In this document: piece after piece, positions 35,721 through 47,654 of the stretch
Layout: every line of letters begins with the position of its first letter
Numbering within the stretch: the first letter of the stretch is position 1
Source of the DNA: Negaprion brevirostris
Taxonomy: Eukaryota
Direction: 5' to 3'
Length of the DNA stretch: 64,000 bases
NCBI GenBank assembly: GCA_030324005.1
Contig: JARDVH010000099.1
Location: 48,389,090-48,453,089 of the forward strand
The notes under the pieces: model-generated
What the model was told of the DNA's origin: nothing
What the model saw: only the letters and a program-made list of their open reading frames with translations
Databases searched by the model: none
Made by a program: the position numbers and the translations under genes

Positions 35721-37792
35721 CAAACCCGTACATGCCTTTGCACCGTACAGTCCTAACTTCTAAAAGACATACTCCTAATAGTGGCAACAGTTAGGAATGG
35801 AAGTGGAAATGCTATGCTACAGAATGGAACCCTGAGATCTAACCTAAAAGATTCCCAGTTGCTTATGTAATAGTAATAAATAATTGATCATGGATGTGAT
35901 GACAGGGCTACATTGAGCAAATGTTCATGCTGAGCAATGAAGGCACAGCTGTCTTCTAATCTCACAACTATATTAGATCTTCACAGAAGCATTATGGTAT
36001 GACGTTGCATCCATTCATTGACATCTCCCTGCTGCTTGGATATGTGCAACATTCTTCAAATTAGCCTTGAATTGATTGTGGGTATTTTTACATGGTGCCA
36101 ATTCTAGATTAATGCTTGAATTACAGCACTCTGAGAAGGATGTTCATTCACTCATCAATATAGGGTAGCCAACTGCCTGTGTTTACACAGGGCTTGGTAA
36201 TGCAGAAGTTTCACAATCAGGGCAGACTGTATGGAACTGCTCCACATAAGGATTAGAACGTTTGCATCATTTCATCTCCAGAAGCTGAGTTTGAATTCAG
36301 TCAAGATGCATTGAAAAACTTTTCAGAAAGGGCCGAAAGTGAGGGCGACTAACAGTATAGGGCCAGCTGACAATATGAAAATCATTTATACCTTTTCCCC
36401 ATCTTTATACCAGTTTCAGTATCTTTGTTTCTAATAAGCAGTTGACTCAAACACCAAGATAGATTTTTCTGTTGGTATTGGGTTAGCTGATTTTTGACTA
36501 TTGCAGTGAATGAAGTGCAGCAATTACAATCATAGAGTCCCAACCATGCAGAAGGAGGCCTTTTGGCCCATCAAGTCTGCACTGACTATTGCCAAGGTTA
36601 CAAAATCAGCTATGGGGACTTGACATGTTACCTTGCCCTATGTTTGTGGAGTGATGCCCCTCAAACTATATATAACCAATTGTCTTTCTTTATTGGAGAG
36701 AGATGCCTATGGTTCTTTGTGGGCAATGGCTAATTATTTCTTATTTACAAGTGATCTTCATTGTGAAGGCTCACACTTGGTAATGGCCATTTTGGAGTCA
36801 TAGAAATTGAGAATATTATTTTTAAACAGCCCAGGGCAGATTTTATTTTTTCTTTTTAATTATGCCTGGCAGATAAGTGCCTCCAAACACAGATCTATTT
36901 CCCTCAACATTTGGATATATTTTAAAATGATTAGGAATATGGATTTAATTTTTTTAGGGACAATTTGAGTATGTACTTCTGGTGGACAGCCTTGCTCAAT
37001 GAATGTACAAATCTGGAAACTGTCTCGACCAAGTTCATTTTAGTGGATGGCAAGTCATTGATTTACCTAACATGTCCTTTGGTGAATGAGATTCCTGCCA
37101 AAATGCATGGGCAGAATTTTACATTCTGAGGGATGAGTTGGCAGGTAGCTGGTAGATGAAATGCCATGACACCTTTACCAGTCCTACCCACTGTTCCCAC
37201 CCCACAGCAATATGTTGGTGACAGCAGAACCAAGTCTGAAATCTGTTAAGTCTCTCCTCTTGGGCTGTTGGTGAGAGAGTGGTGGAGGATACTCCTCCTA
37301 AGATGTGGTTCCCCTATCACCACCCCTTCCAAGGGTTTCCCTTTCTGTTGACCTATGCATGCCAGTCCCCCAACATGCCAGGAGTCTCCCTCTACTATAC
37401 CTCTGTATCTGGTCCAGCAACGATCTTCTTTGAGGCTTGTTGCAGTCCCAGCAGTGACCACCACTCCCAGAGGTGCCACTAGGTGCAGAGAACTGCCAGC
37501 GTTTTGATGGGAAGTGGGATTTCTACTACAGCCTGAGCCTAAATAAACTGACCCTGCTGCCATATGGAGGTATCTGAGGACAGTCATTTGGATATGAAAG
37601 CCTCAGAACAAGGATGTATCCTGGGAAGATCAATGAATTAAATATTCCATACACTTGTCAACTACCAACCACTAGTATATTGGAAATAGAAATGAAAGCT
37701 TTATATACTACTGAGAAATTTTAAAAAATAGTGCCTCACCAAGTGGAATCAAGGTTCACAGTCTGGGATCTTTCAATTCAACTGGGTTTTAT

Positions 37793-38070
37793 GGTGGCAC
37801 AGTGGTTAGCACTGCTCCTTCATAGCACCAGGCACCCAGGTTCAATTCCTAATTTGGGTCAATCTTGATGCGGAATCTGCATGTTCTTACTGTGTCAGCA
37901 TGGGTTTCCTCCCACAGTCCAAAAGACATGCTGGTTAGGTGCATTGCCATGCTTAATTCTCCCTCGGTGTATCTGAACAGGGGCCGGAGTGTGGGAACTA
38001 GGAGATTTTCACAGTAACTTTGTTGCAGTGTTAATGTAAGCCTACTTGTGACACTAAGAAATAAAACTAT
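37793..38070 (+). mobile_element. HE1-like SINE, type-B tail
   Basis: GGTGGCACAGTGGTTAGCACTGC head; tail TTTTCACAGTAACTTTGTTGCAGTGTTAATGTAAGCCTACTTGTGACACTAAGAAATAAAC. Confidence 0.88.
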
Positions 38071-38305
38071 TTTGGGGGTGGAAAATGATGAGCGCTAGCC
38101 CACGGGGAGGGGAANNNNNNNNNNNNNNNNNNNNNNNNNNNNNNNNNNNNNNNNNNNNNNNNNNNNNNNNNNNNNNNNNNNNNNNNNNNNNNNNNNNNNN
38201 NNNNNNNNNNNNNNNNNNNNNNNNNNNNNNNNNNNNNNNNNNNNNNNNNNNNNNNNNNNNNNNNNNNNNNNNNNNNNNNNNNNNNNNNNNNNNNNNNNNN
38301 NNNNN

Positions 38306-38504
38306 GTCAGATGTCAGTACAGCAGCAGTCGTTCCATGTATTTCACCCTCAATGTCTTTGGTATTTGATGAATTTACAAACATTACCCCTCTGGTCAAAG
38401 AAGAGCTGCGATTTGCCATTCAAAGCAAACGGATATCAAATGGTGCCTCAACCATGGACTATTTCATAGGAACTGAGAGCTCAAATGAAGCAGTAGAAAA
38501 AAAG
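38306..38504 (+). CDS. ATF3: ATF3 first coding exon (exon 2), 5' part including start codon lost in assembly gap 38115-38305
   Basis: Reads SDVSTAAVVPCISPSMSLVFDEFTNITPLVKEELRFAIQSKRISNGASTMDYFIGTESSNEAVEKK (codons from 38307), matching the vertebrate ATF3 N-terminus (human SEVSASAIVPCLSPPGSLVFEDFANLTPFVKEELRFAIQNK); ends at phase-0 donor AAG|gtgcgt. Confidence 0.95.
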
Positions 38505-38681
38505 GTGCGTTACATAAATGTATACCTTGGGAATACTAAAATTTGTATTATAACTTGAACACAGAAGGTAAAACATTACAAAGTAAACTGTGAACTAAAA
38601 TTAATGGTGATGTTTGATTTTTGAGGTATTGCTACCACCATACAATTCCAGGAAAGTGAGTTTAGATATTCATTCTTGCAG

Positions 38682-38789
38682 ATGACACCACAGGAAGATG
38701 AGAGGAGAAGACGAAGGAGAGAAAGGAATAAAATAGCTGCAGCTAAATGTCGAAACAAGAAGAAGGAAAGAACGGACATATTACAAAAA
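38682..38789 (+). CDS. ATF3: ATF3 exon 3, bZIP basic region
   Basis: Acceptor ttcttgcag|; 108 bp encoding [36 protein letters not shown]; donor |gtaagt; phase 0 both sides. Absent from the ORF track (too short). Confidence 0.97.
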
Positions 38790-39279
38790 GTAAGTTGATA
38801 AGTCACAATTTCTTTGGCCTGAAGCATGGGTGCTTATGGTAGCTCCATTGCTCGGATTTCATAGAAGTAGTCTTGTATTACCTGCATGGCCACTGACAGT
38901 CAAAGTTGTTTCCAGCTCTTTACACTTTTTTTTTAAGTTTCCAAAACAATAGTAATATTTGGTCAGCCAGTTTCAATGTTTGCTATGTCTGGGTGAAGCC
39001 TGAAAACGGATCCATAGTTGGAGAAGCGTTATTCCTCACAGTAGATTGACCTTGTTCCCACGCTCTGTGTTTCAGCATCAGCCATAGTATGCAGACTATT
39101 TGGCATTGAACTTCACACTGTGGTGTCAGGTTCCAACTGACTGAGGTAGAACTGAGGGAATATGAAAAAAAAATTAGTTACTTGTGGGTAAGCCTGTGAG
39201 GAAAATGAAACTGTGAAAAATAAATTTAAAAAGGACCATTTTGGGAATTATAGGTATTGATATGGAGGATAAATGTTCA

Positions 39280-39740
39280 AATGTGACCCAGTTTGAGGAT
39301 GCACTTTATCATCGTCATTAGAAGTATAATTTTAAATTGGTTGTCAGCATAATTCTTAGTACGCTGATTATTTACCAGTGTCAGTTGACACTTGCGTATA
39401 CTGGAAGATGTATGTATTAACCCAGGGGCCTGTTCTTTGAAGACAGACAGACAATATACCCACATTGTGCTTGTTTCAACTAACCAAAATAAGTGACAGT
39501 CATTTGCTGGTTCTGGCAGTGTCTCGACCAATCAAGCTGCTTGGTTTAAATTTCAAATAATGCTTGGCAGTTAACTGTTAGTGAACATCAATTGGTGTAC
39601 TCTCCATGAATCCACTTGCCAGCAATCTGCACTCACTCCTCATACAGTATTAATATGTTGTTTCCCTTGACATTGGTATTTTCTTGCAAACTAGCCTGAT
39701 AAATGCAAGGCAAAAAGCATTGCCAAATATCTTTTTTTTC
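39280..39740 (+). mobile_element. Penelope-like 3' relic in ATF3 intron 3
   Basis: Homologous to 3930-4260, with a short internal segment inverted. Confidence 0.6.
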
Positions 39741-39970
39741 ATGAATTCTCAAATATTGTACTACAAAAATATTTAAGAATTATTTCCATAACTTCCAGTT
39801 AGCTATTTTTGCAGCTGCCAAGAAAATGGCACCTCAATGTAAATATGCAATGAATAATCTAAAACAAAATACTATTGGATAAGCTGAGTATTTACATTTC
39901 CCTCTTTGTGGATATCCCATGACACAGGCTGAAACATGACCAATTCTTTTTAGTTATCTCCTGCTAAAGA

Positions 39971-40266
39971 GGGAAAGAGACAAGGTTCACTCTTGGAATA
40001 GACTGCCCCAGTGGACACTAAGGCAAGGGATATTGTGGATCTCCCCTGTTTCAGTCTGAAAGGACTCGGTCATGTAGCATTTAAGGGCCAAAGCTACCTT
40101 CTTGGCCACCGAGTGCTGCCTATGCCCTGCTTTGAGGTTTCAAATGGGGCTGCAGCAAGTGACTAGACTCAGTCACAGCCTCAGAGGCAGCTCATCCTCA
40201 TCAGGTTGAAATAAGAAAACTGTTGTCTAACAAAATGCACATCTCCTTCCTCCTCCCCCTTCTCTA
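39971..40266 (+). repeat. Left arm of ~300-bp inverted repeat (partner 48957-49258)
   Basis: Direct comparison: long identical runs such as TTTCAGTCTGAAAGGACTCGGTCATGTAGCATTTAAGGGCCAAAGCTACCTTCT occur reverse-complemented at ~49125-49180. Confidence 0.95.
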
Positions 40267-41634
40267 AGCTAATTCAGTTGAGGCATGCTGTCAAATTTAT
40301 CATGTTCTGGCACAATATAATTGATAACTGTATTTAACTGTGCCTGACCAATGCACTTGGAGATTTCCCTACTTTTTGAGTAAAGGCAAGCTCCCAAAAC
40401 AATGCAGAATTAGAACCAAGGGGAATTGGATATATATGGAGTTGGAGCTCAACATGGATATCCATAAATGTAAAAAAAACTATTGTGAATAAAACTATTT
40501 ACCTGACACACACTTTTTTATATCCAAGAAAAAAATGGAATATTTTCTTAGTGGTGAGGAATTAAAATGGTGTGGAGGAAAAAGGGGTTTTGATGAACAT
40601 GTACATAAATTACAAGAAGGTAGAAACAGTGTTCTAAATGACTCAAGGAATGTTAGCCTTTATCTCATGCCACTGGAACTCAAAGGAAGGAGTGTAAGGG
40701 AGTTATGATTTAGTTATATATGAAAATGCCATTACATAAAACAGGAAAATGTGTTTCAACTTTTATACATACTTAACAAATGACTACCCCCACCATTCAG
40801 TCACCAAGGAAATAAGACACTTACAACAGACAAAACACTTGCCTTTAATCTTAATTTTACCAGCAAACACACACAATGTTTGAAGTAGACATGCATATGC
40901 AGTGTGAATGAGAATTGAAATCACATGCCCAACAGTGTTTATTCTTTTTTTATTTAATAGTAAATGAAATTTACCTTATCTGGATTTTCAATTAGCCATG
41001 TATGACCAGTGGCTGACCTATTGCACAAACACTGCTGCAATTAAATTTCCAGTTATCCACAAGCTCCAATTTCTTCCTAAAGATTTGCCAAGTAGGATCT
41101 TCTCTTGCATCTTTAGCATTCCATTAAAACCCATGTTGATCTGTCTTGAACTTTGTTGACGTATTTCATGAGATCTTTTTCAAGAAAACATCAAAGCAAT
41201 ACATCTGGGACAGATATCTGTATGACTGAACTGTGGTTATCACAACTTTTCTCCTTTAAAAATACAGTTATTACAACTCCTAATGATTCTGTAATTAGGA
41301 GTTACGAAATCCTAATTCAATTTTCTTCTTTTCAACTCCACTATTTCCTGAAATATTATTCTTTGTAAACCATGAGTCTGTGAAGATTTATATTCTTTCA
41401 GTGCTGGCAATGCTGCTTTCACTTTCCAGTATGTAATTACCAGCGTCATTTTACAAATTTCCTGGAAAATAAAACCTTTTTTCAGGAATCNNNNNNNNNN
41501 NNNNNNNNNNNNNNNNNNNNNNNNNNNNNNNNNNNNNNNNNNNNNNNNNNNNNNNNNNNNNNNNNNNNNNNNNNNNNNNNNNNNNNNNNNGTGGTGACAC
41601 ATGAAGATATAAATGCCACTTCACTCTGTGGAAG

Positions 41635-41912
41635 TTGTCCTGCCTCTGAATCACCGGGTTGTGGGTTCAAATCCTACTCCAGGCTTTGAGCACAAAAATC
41701 AATGTTGTCCCTCCTACGTTGTACTGAAGATAGAAGTGTGAAACCAAAGCTCCACCTTCCCTCTTTCTGTATTTTGTATTTTGAAGTACAGTAAATGATT
41801 TATCCCCAGCGTTCTACCCAAAATTTATTCCTCGATGAGCATCACAACATCAGATTATCTGGTCATTATCACCTTGTTATTTGTGGGAACCTAGCAGTGT
41901 GCAGATTGCCTT
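41635..41912 (+). mobile_element. Deu-domain SINE (SacSINE1-like), decayed
   Basis: tRNA B-box GGGTTCAAATCC; ATTTATTCCTCGATGAGCATCAC..CAGATTATCTGGTCATTATCACCTTGTTATTTGTGGGAACCTAGCAGTGTGCAGATTG. Confidence 0.75.
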
Positions 41913-42079
41913 GGTCTTTAGTTTAATTAATTTTTCCAAGCCTGCAAACAATTTTGGCAGCTCATTATGGAATGTAACACTATAATTCTCATCAGCACAC
42001 AGATTGACTTTAGTTTTAGGCATGCCTTTCAATTTAGTGGAGAGCATTCTTGATTCTGGATGATTTCTAATTCTTTATA

Positions 42080-43800
42080 TTTCAGCTTCACCAGAAGCTG
42101 GCCACTTTTAGTGTAGTCCCCTCAGGATCTTGTGATTTAATGTTGCAGTGTAATCTGTTTGATCTATTTGACTTCACCTAGTAAAATAGAAACTGCTGCT
42201 TCTGTGTCTAATTTCAACTCCATGGGCAGCGCATCCACATCAGGTTTGACACTCCAATACTTATTTGCCCTTGAAAGGTTAATCTCTGTTCTTGTGGCTC
42301 TTCTAATTCTTGTACATCTATCTGCTATAAAACTTTCTCCCTCTTTTTACAGCTTGTCAACATTTTTGAACAACCAGTGGTTTTAAAGTGATACATATTT
42401 CCACAGCTGTGGCACTCTGCTCCCCAATCCCCAAAGCTAGACTTTCTTCTTATTTGTGTGGCTTGTTCCCGATGCATCAGAGGCATTTTAAAACAACAGT
42501 TGACATGTCCTTGCCCGTTACGGTGGGGTTCACCGTGTTTTCCATTTGATGCCTATGAATCGAATTGTCTCGCTCTATCTTCTCCACAGGACCTCTCCTT
42601 CATAGAATCATAGAATTATAAAACCCTACAGTGCAGGAGGAGGCCATTTGAACTCCATCAAGTTTGTACCAACCATAATCCCACCCATGCTTGTCTCCCT
42701 GGCACTAAGGGACAATTTAGCATGGCCAATCCACCTAACCTGCACATCTTTGGACTGTGGGAGGAAACTGGGGCACCTGGAAGAAACCCACACAGACACG
42801 CTTCCTCGTGAATAAACATCCGATTCTGGTTTCTAAGATCTGTTCATCTTTCATCAGGACCAAATCCTCCCTTGTAAGAAATCTGATTACGCTTCATCTA
42901 CCATCCCTACAACAATCCTTTCGTGAATTAACTCATCTTTAAAATTCCACAAGTGCAGCTTCTTGCCAGCCTACAGAGATCGCTCAAAAATGAATCCATG
43001 CTTTAATCCAGCCTTTGTTTTCTTCTATTAAATTTAATTTTCTCAATTATAGAATTCTGACAGAACTGAAGTAAGAGTCAAAAATTGTCATGATTTTTTC
43101 ACACAAAGTCTTGTCCACCCTCTGTACTGCTATCGCGTCATCAGCAATAGTTCCTACGGCATAAAGTAGGTACTGACGAAGTCTTCATATAATCCTGAAG
43201 CAGTGCTGTACCTTGCAAACCTTTTCCTCCAATTGTCCCACTTCTGAGCCTCTTTGGGTCTTCTGCACTTGAAATGGTCCCAGGAGTGGTAGGGTGGATC
43301 CCATGCTTCTGTTGAACCCTCAAATTGTTCCTGCGTTTGATCCTGTTTCTTTCTTGCTAGCTATTTTTGGCCTGCGCTCGCTGCTGTCTGGTCTCCAGGT
43401 CAGTGTCACAGCCTGCCTATGCTGCTGCCATAATTTTCCAACGTCCTGGTAAGACTTGAGAGTTTTTTTGTTTGTCCTTCCTTTGAAGGACTCCTATGCC
43501 AGCCGTGAAGTTTGTTTCAGTCTTTTCTGGGTCTTTCACTCACTGCCACCATGTTTTGTTGTGTGGCAGAGATTGTCTAAACTCCCAAATGTATGCTGTT
43601 CAAGTCCATAATCATTTTATCCAGAACTACTTATTTAGTGAGCATGTACATATTTGGACCTCCATTCAAGGTAAGAGCTTCTGTTTTCTTCCAGACCTCA
43701 TTTACTATTCAATCATATGATCTGACATTATTACTTCAGCATCATGTATGCTTCTCATGTTAAACCTTTACTCTACAGCATTGTCTATATGGAACTGATC
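42080..43800 (-). mobile_element. Gypsy LTR retrotransposon relic (5' LTR end, PBS, gag, protease) in ATF3 intron 3
   Basis: Minus strand: PBS TGGTGGCAGTGA (~43539-43552); gag IFDSYF..IIEKIKFNRRKQ..SDLCRLARSC..ERIVVG; knuckle ECHSCGNMYHF; protease MELKLDTEAAVSIL. Confidence 0.75.
42600..42800 (-). mobile_element. HE1 SINE, 5'-truncated, inside Gypsy relic
   Basis: CATAGAATCATAGAA..CCCTACAGTGCAGGAGGAGGCCATT..CACATCTTTGGACTGTGGGAGGAAAC. Confidence 0.88.
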
Positions 43801-43969
43801 ATAGATGTAAGGGCTAGAGGACAAATGTAAGCTTACTATTCATGAGATATATTGAAGCGGAATGTTACAAATTGCCATACTACTCCTACACGCACCTACT
43901 CACATAAAAAAGACTTACGACTTCTCAGAAATGTATTTCCCCAAAATGATTATGGACTGGTATTTTCTT

Positions 43970-44362
43970 TGGGCTAGTGACTCAGAGTAACGCTTTTGGG
44001 ACCCAGGTTGAATTCTACCATGGCAGATGGTGAAATTTGAATTTAATTTTAGAAGTCTGGAATTAAATGGGATTACAGGGATAGAACCTGGGTAAGATGC
44101 TCTTTTGGAGAGTTGATGCAGACTCGGTGGGCTGAATGGCCTGTTTCTGCACTATAGGGTTTCTATGACTCTAATGATGACCATCAAACCATTGTGGCTC
44201 ATAATGTTCTTCAGTGAGTGAAATCTGCTATCCTTACCTGGTCTGGTTACATGCGACCCCAGATCCACAGCAATGTGTCTTAACTGCCCTCTGAAATGGC
44301 TGAGCAAGCCAGTCAGTTCAAGGGCAATTTGGGATGGGCAATAAATGCTGGTTCAGCTAGCA
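43970..44362 (+). mobile_element. Second tRNA-SINE family, with an HE1/CR1 tail inserted at ~44066-44168
   Basis: GGGACCCAGGTTGAATTCTACCATGGCAGATGGTGAAATTTGAATT..CCTTACCTGGTCTGG..GGGCAATTTGGGATGGGCAATAAATGCTGG; reverse copy at 47825-48175. Confidence 0.7.
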
Positions 44363-44399
44363 AACAAAGAGCAGGGATAGCGGATGGCGATTGACATAG

Positions 44400-44640
44400 A
44401 GGGAATGAGGAGAATTTGTTTCACACAGCGAGTTGTTCAGATCTAGAATAGACTGTCTGAAATGTTGGTGGAAGCATATTCAGTAGTATCTTCCCAAAGG
44501 GAAATGGAAATATTCTTGCAACAGAATTATCTGGGGAGCGGTAGGCCAGGAGAGTGGGTTTAAATGGATAGCCCTTTCAATAACCTGGTATGATGGATCA
44601 AATGACCATCTCCTGTGTTGTATCTGTCTCTTATTCTAAG
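44400..44640 (+). mobile_element. CR1 3' end, old
   Basis: MRRICFTQRVVQI*NRLSEMLVEA-type sequence and GATGGATCAAATGACC tail. Confidence 0.65.
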
Positions 44641-46460
44641 GAGATGGCGTCAACTTGTTATTTTTCCTCTTTTTAAAAATAACCTCAAAACCTTTCATCA
44701 TGATTGCATTTTAACTCTGCTAGTACAGCCCTCAGTCCTTTCTTCTCTGGAAAACAGCTTGAGATATTTAATACTTTAAAGACTTTATGTAAATTCAAGC
44801 TGCTGTTTGTTATTCATGCCACATAAATAACTTTATACATATGGTATCTTGGTGTGAATAATTATATGACATGGTTGCCCATGGAATATAAAGGTCTGTG
44901 TTTCACTAGTAATTCGTCTGATGTCAAACACTTTGCGATGTTCCGAAGATAGGATGAGGCACTCCTAAAATAGTACAACAATGGTGGATACATTGTGTTT
45001 ATGCAGTTTTCCTCCTATAAACCCTTCAAGCGTAAAACTTTCTAAGTTTTAGGAAAACCCCAGAGGGTTTGGAGTTTTAAAACTCTCAAAATTGAATAAA
45101 TGTGTAAAGTTAAAGATAAAGTTAAAGTAAACAGCATTGGACTGTTAGCTGCAGATAAAATACTCAAGATGCTGCTAAAACATTATCTTTTCAGATGGTT
45201 CTTGAAACTTCCATGTTGACTTTTGAAAGATGCTGACAATGACGCCAACAGTAAATTCAGAAATTTTGGCTATCTGTTTTCCAGATAGTCTGATTAACAT
45301 TTTCACAACCCTACAACTCTGACGCTCTTTACTCTGAATACACCCACAGGCCTCTTTGTATTTTCATTCCTTATTTTTGTCTCTTTAGCCAATTTTCTAA
45401 GAGACTTCAAACAGTCTTTTTGTCCTGCCTGCGTACCATTTGAGGACTTCCCTCTTTTTACCTTTATTTCTTACATCACTTCCTCGTGTCTTTGACGTTG
45501 GCTGAAATCTGATGGAGATGATGGATTCTGGGCCACCAGCCTGAGCCAGCATTGATTCCTGCGGTGAAGGTCCATTTGTATCATTTGCCACATAGGCATT
45601 TAACTGGACAGCAGCACACCTCTTTCCCCCCCGCACAGGATCAAAGACCCCAGGTGCAGAAGTCTGCATTGCTGAAAGCTGCTGGTCAATCAGACTGGCA
45701 GCTCTATGTTGAATGGCAGTACCATTGGGAGGCAGTGGTTGCTGTTGGTATGACTCCACCCGTGGCCGAGATTCATTGCTGAATTCCAGGCAGGGGTGAG
45801 TGATGGTGGGAGAGAGGTTCTGAGGGAGGAGGAATCAGCAGCAAGGATAGAGGGGTGGGTCTCAGTGTCTCTTCCCCTATCCCCTTCCTGGTGCTGGATC
45901 CCTTGGTCAAGTAGTGAACGTCTTTAAACAGGAGACACCCCCTGGAGTTTACAGCAAACCTGCATAGTGTTGCCTGTCATGCTTCTCACGTGGCTGGACC
46001 CCTGTCTGATGCTAGATGAATCCGAGTGGCCCTAGGCTAAGATTCTTGAGTTGGCTTTAGTCGGCCACTTAAAGATCTGAATTGATGGGCATTCATAGGC
46101 CTTCTTGCCACAGATTTAATTGGAATGGAGGGAGAAAGGAGGCAGGGTCGTCACTTGCATGGTTTAGGGAGTTTTTTGGGGCACATTACCTGGAAAGTTA
46201 AAATTTATTAATGGAGAATAACATTCCAATTAAAATCTGGAAATTGAAGTTTTCACATTCAGAATTTTATGTGCTAGCAGCTTGATATTTTCTGTAAAAT
46301 CTCAAGGTAAATTCACAATTAAATAGAGAAAAACATAAAAGCAGGGATATGTTTTATATTGCTTTGTATAGTTATTGCACTGAAAATGTATGTTTTTTGA
46401 GTCATAACTGACCACAGCTAAATAATAGACAAATTGCTAAATGTGATATCTTACCCCTAG

Positions 46461-46658
46461 GAGTCAGAAAAACTGGAATCCCTGAACGCAGAGCTGAAAG
46501 CACAAATAGAAGAATTGAAAAATGAGAAACAGCAGCTGATTTACATGCTGAACTTGCACAGGCCCACATGTATAGTCCGGGCTCAGAATGGAACGACTCC
46601 AGAGGAGGAGAAAAACCTTTTCATCCAACAGATCAAGGAAGGAACACTGCAGAACTAA
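46461..46658 (+). CDS. ATF3: ATF3 exon 4, leucine zipper and C-terminus
   Basis: Acceptor cttacccctag|; ESEKLESLNAELKAQIEELKNEKQQLIYMLNLHRPTCIVRAQNGTTPEEEKNLFIQQIKEGTLQN then TAA (46656-46658); near-identical to the ATF3 C-terminus. Confidence 0.97.
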   Translation, partial: ESEKLESLNAELKAQIEELKNEKQQLIYMLNLHRPTCIVRAQNGTTPEEEKNLFIQQIKEGTLQN

Positions 46659-47280
46659 ATCATAAAGGAAGTGAATCATGGAGCCACAGATTCCATCTCC
46701 CAGGAGGCATCAAGAACGGAAATAGCTCTATGTTAGCATGGTACTAACTTGCTAGGGGGAAAAAACTGTTCATTATTCAGAAGAGTTTGCACTTTCAGCA
46801 TAATGGATACCTTCTGTTTCACTAACTGTTGAACCTGGACAAGTGCTGCCTTAAAACCGCATACAAACAGGGGGAAAAACACACTTAAACGTTTGCTCTC
46901 TGCCTTGACATTAGGCTGCACATTTTTTTACTATTGACGCCGGCGTCATGCCTTTTTATTGTCTTTAATTGCTGTTGCTATACCAGCATGCCAGCCGTGT
47001 TTATGGTATTGTTACTTTGAGACAGTGTGACACTTATAATTTGTAGCTTTTTATTCAGGTCTGTAGCGTTTACGCCAACTGTTTAGGATATCATTGCAAG
47101 CGTGTTACATTAGTTTTGGAAGGAAAAGCAATGTTACCACAAAATCTACGCATGTATGTAAAGTACTAAAGAAATTTTAATGGAGTGTTCTAATATAACT
47201 TTTTTTTTCTACACTGTGATAGTTAAGGTGTGCATTTGATACATTTAATAATAAAAATATTGTCATATCTTTGGTCAATT
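46659..47280 (+). other. ATF3: ATF3 3' UTR (end approximate)
   Basis: Non-repetitive AU-rich sequence between the stop codon and AATAAA at 47250-47255; ATTTA at 47243. Confidence 0.7.
47250..47255 (+). terminator. Polyadenylation signal of ATF3
   Basis: AATAAA ~590 nt after the stop, followed by U/GU-rich sequence. Confidence 0.65.
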
Positions 47281-47351
47281 TTTATAGCTGCTATTTCTTG
47301 ATTTGTTATATTTTGAAGGAATAATAGATGTAATTATGATTACATGATCTC

Positions 47352-47654
47352 AGAATCCTTGCAGCGCAGAAAGAGGCCATTCAGCCCATCAAGTCTACAC
47401 TGACCACAATCTCTCCCCGGCCCTATCCCCATAACCCCATGCATTTACCCTAGCTAGTCCCCCTGACCGCAAGGGACAATTTAGCATGGCTAACCTGCAC
47501 ATCTTTGGATGGTGGGGGGGAAACCGAAGCACCCAGAGGAAACCCACACACACTGGGAGAATGTGCAGATTCCCACAGTGACCCAAGCCAGGAATCAAAC
47601 TCTGGTCCCTAGCGCTGAGGCAGCAGTGCTAACCACTCTGGCACCATGCTGCCC
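47352..47654 (-). mobile_element. HE1 SINE, full length, just 3' of the ATF3 poly(A) signal
   Basis: AGAGGCCATTCAGCCCATCAAGTCT..GGAAACCCACAC..GGCAGCAGTGCTAACCAC..GCTGCCC. Confidence 0.9.

Noticed and set aside
38085-38558. 157-aa ORF as the full first coding exon of ATF3
   Set aside because: The start lies in repeat sequence before a gap and the end runs past the donor at 38505; only 38306-38504 is supported.
38306-46658. Assignment to JDP2 or BATF3 instead of ATF3
   Set aside because: [29 protein letters not shown] and NLFIQQIKEGTLQ are ATF3-type sequences.
46464-46679. Antisense ORFs over ATF3 exons (also 38576..38827)
   Set aside because: Shadow frames of the coding strand with no independent support.
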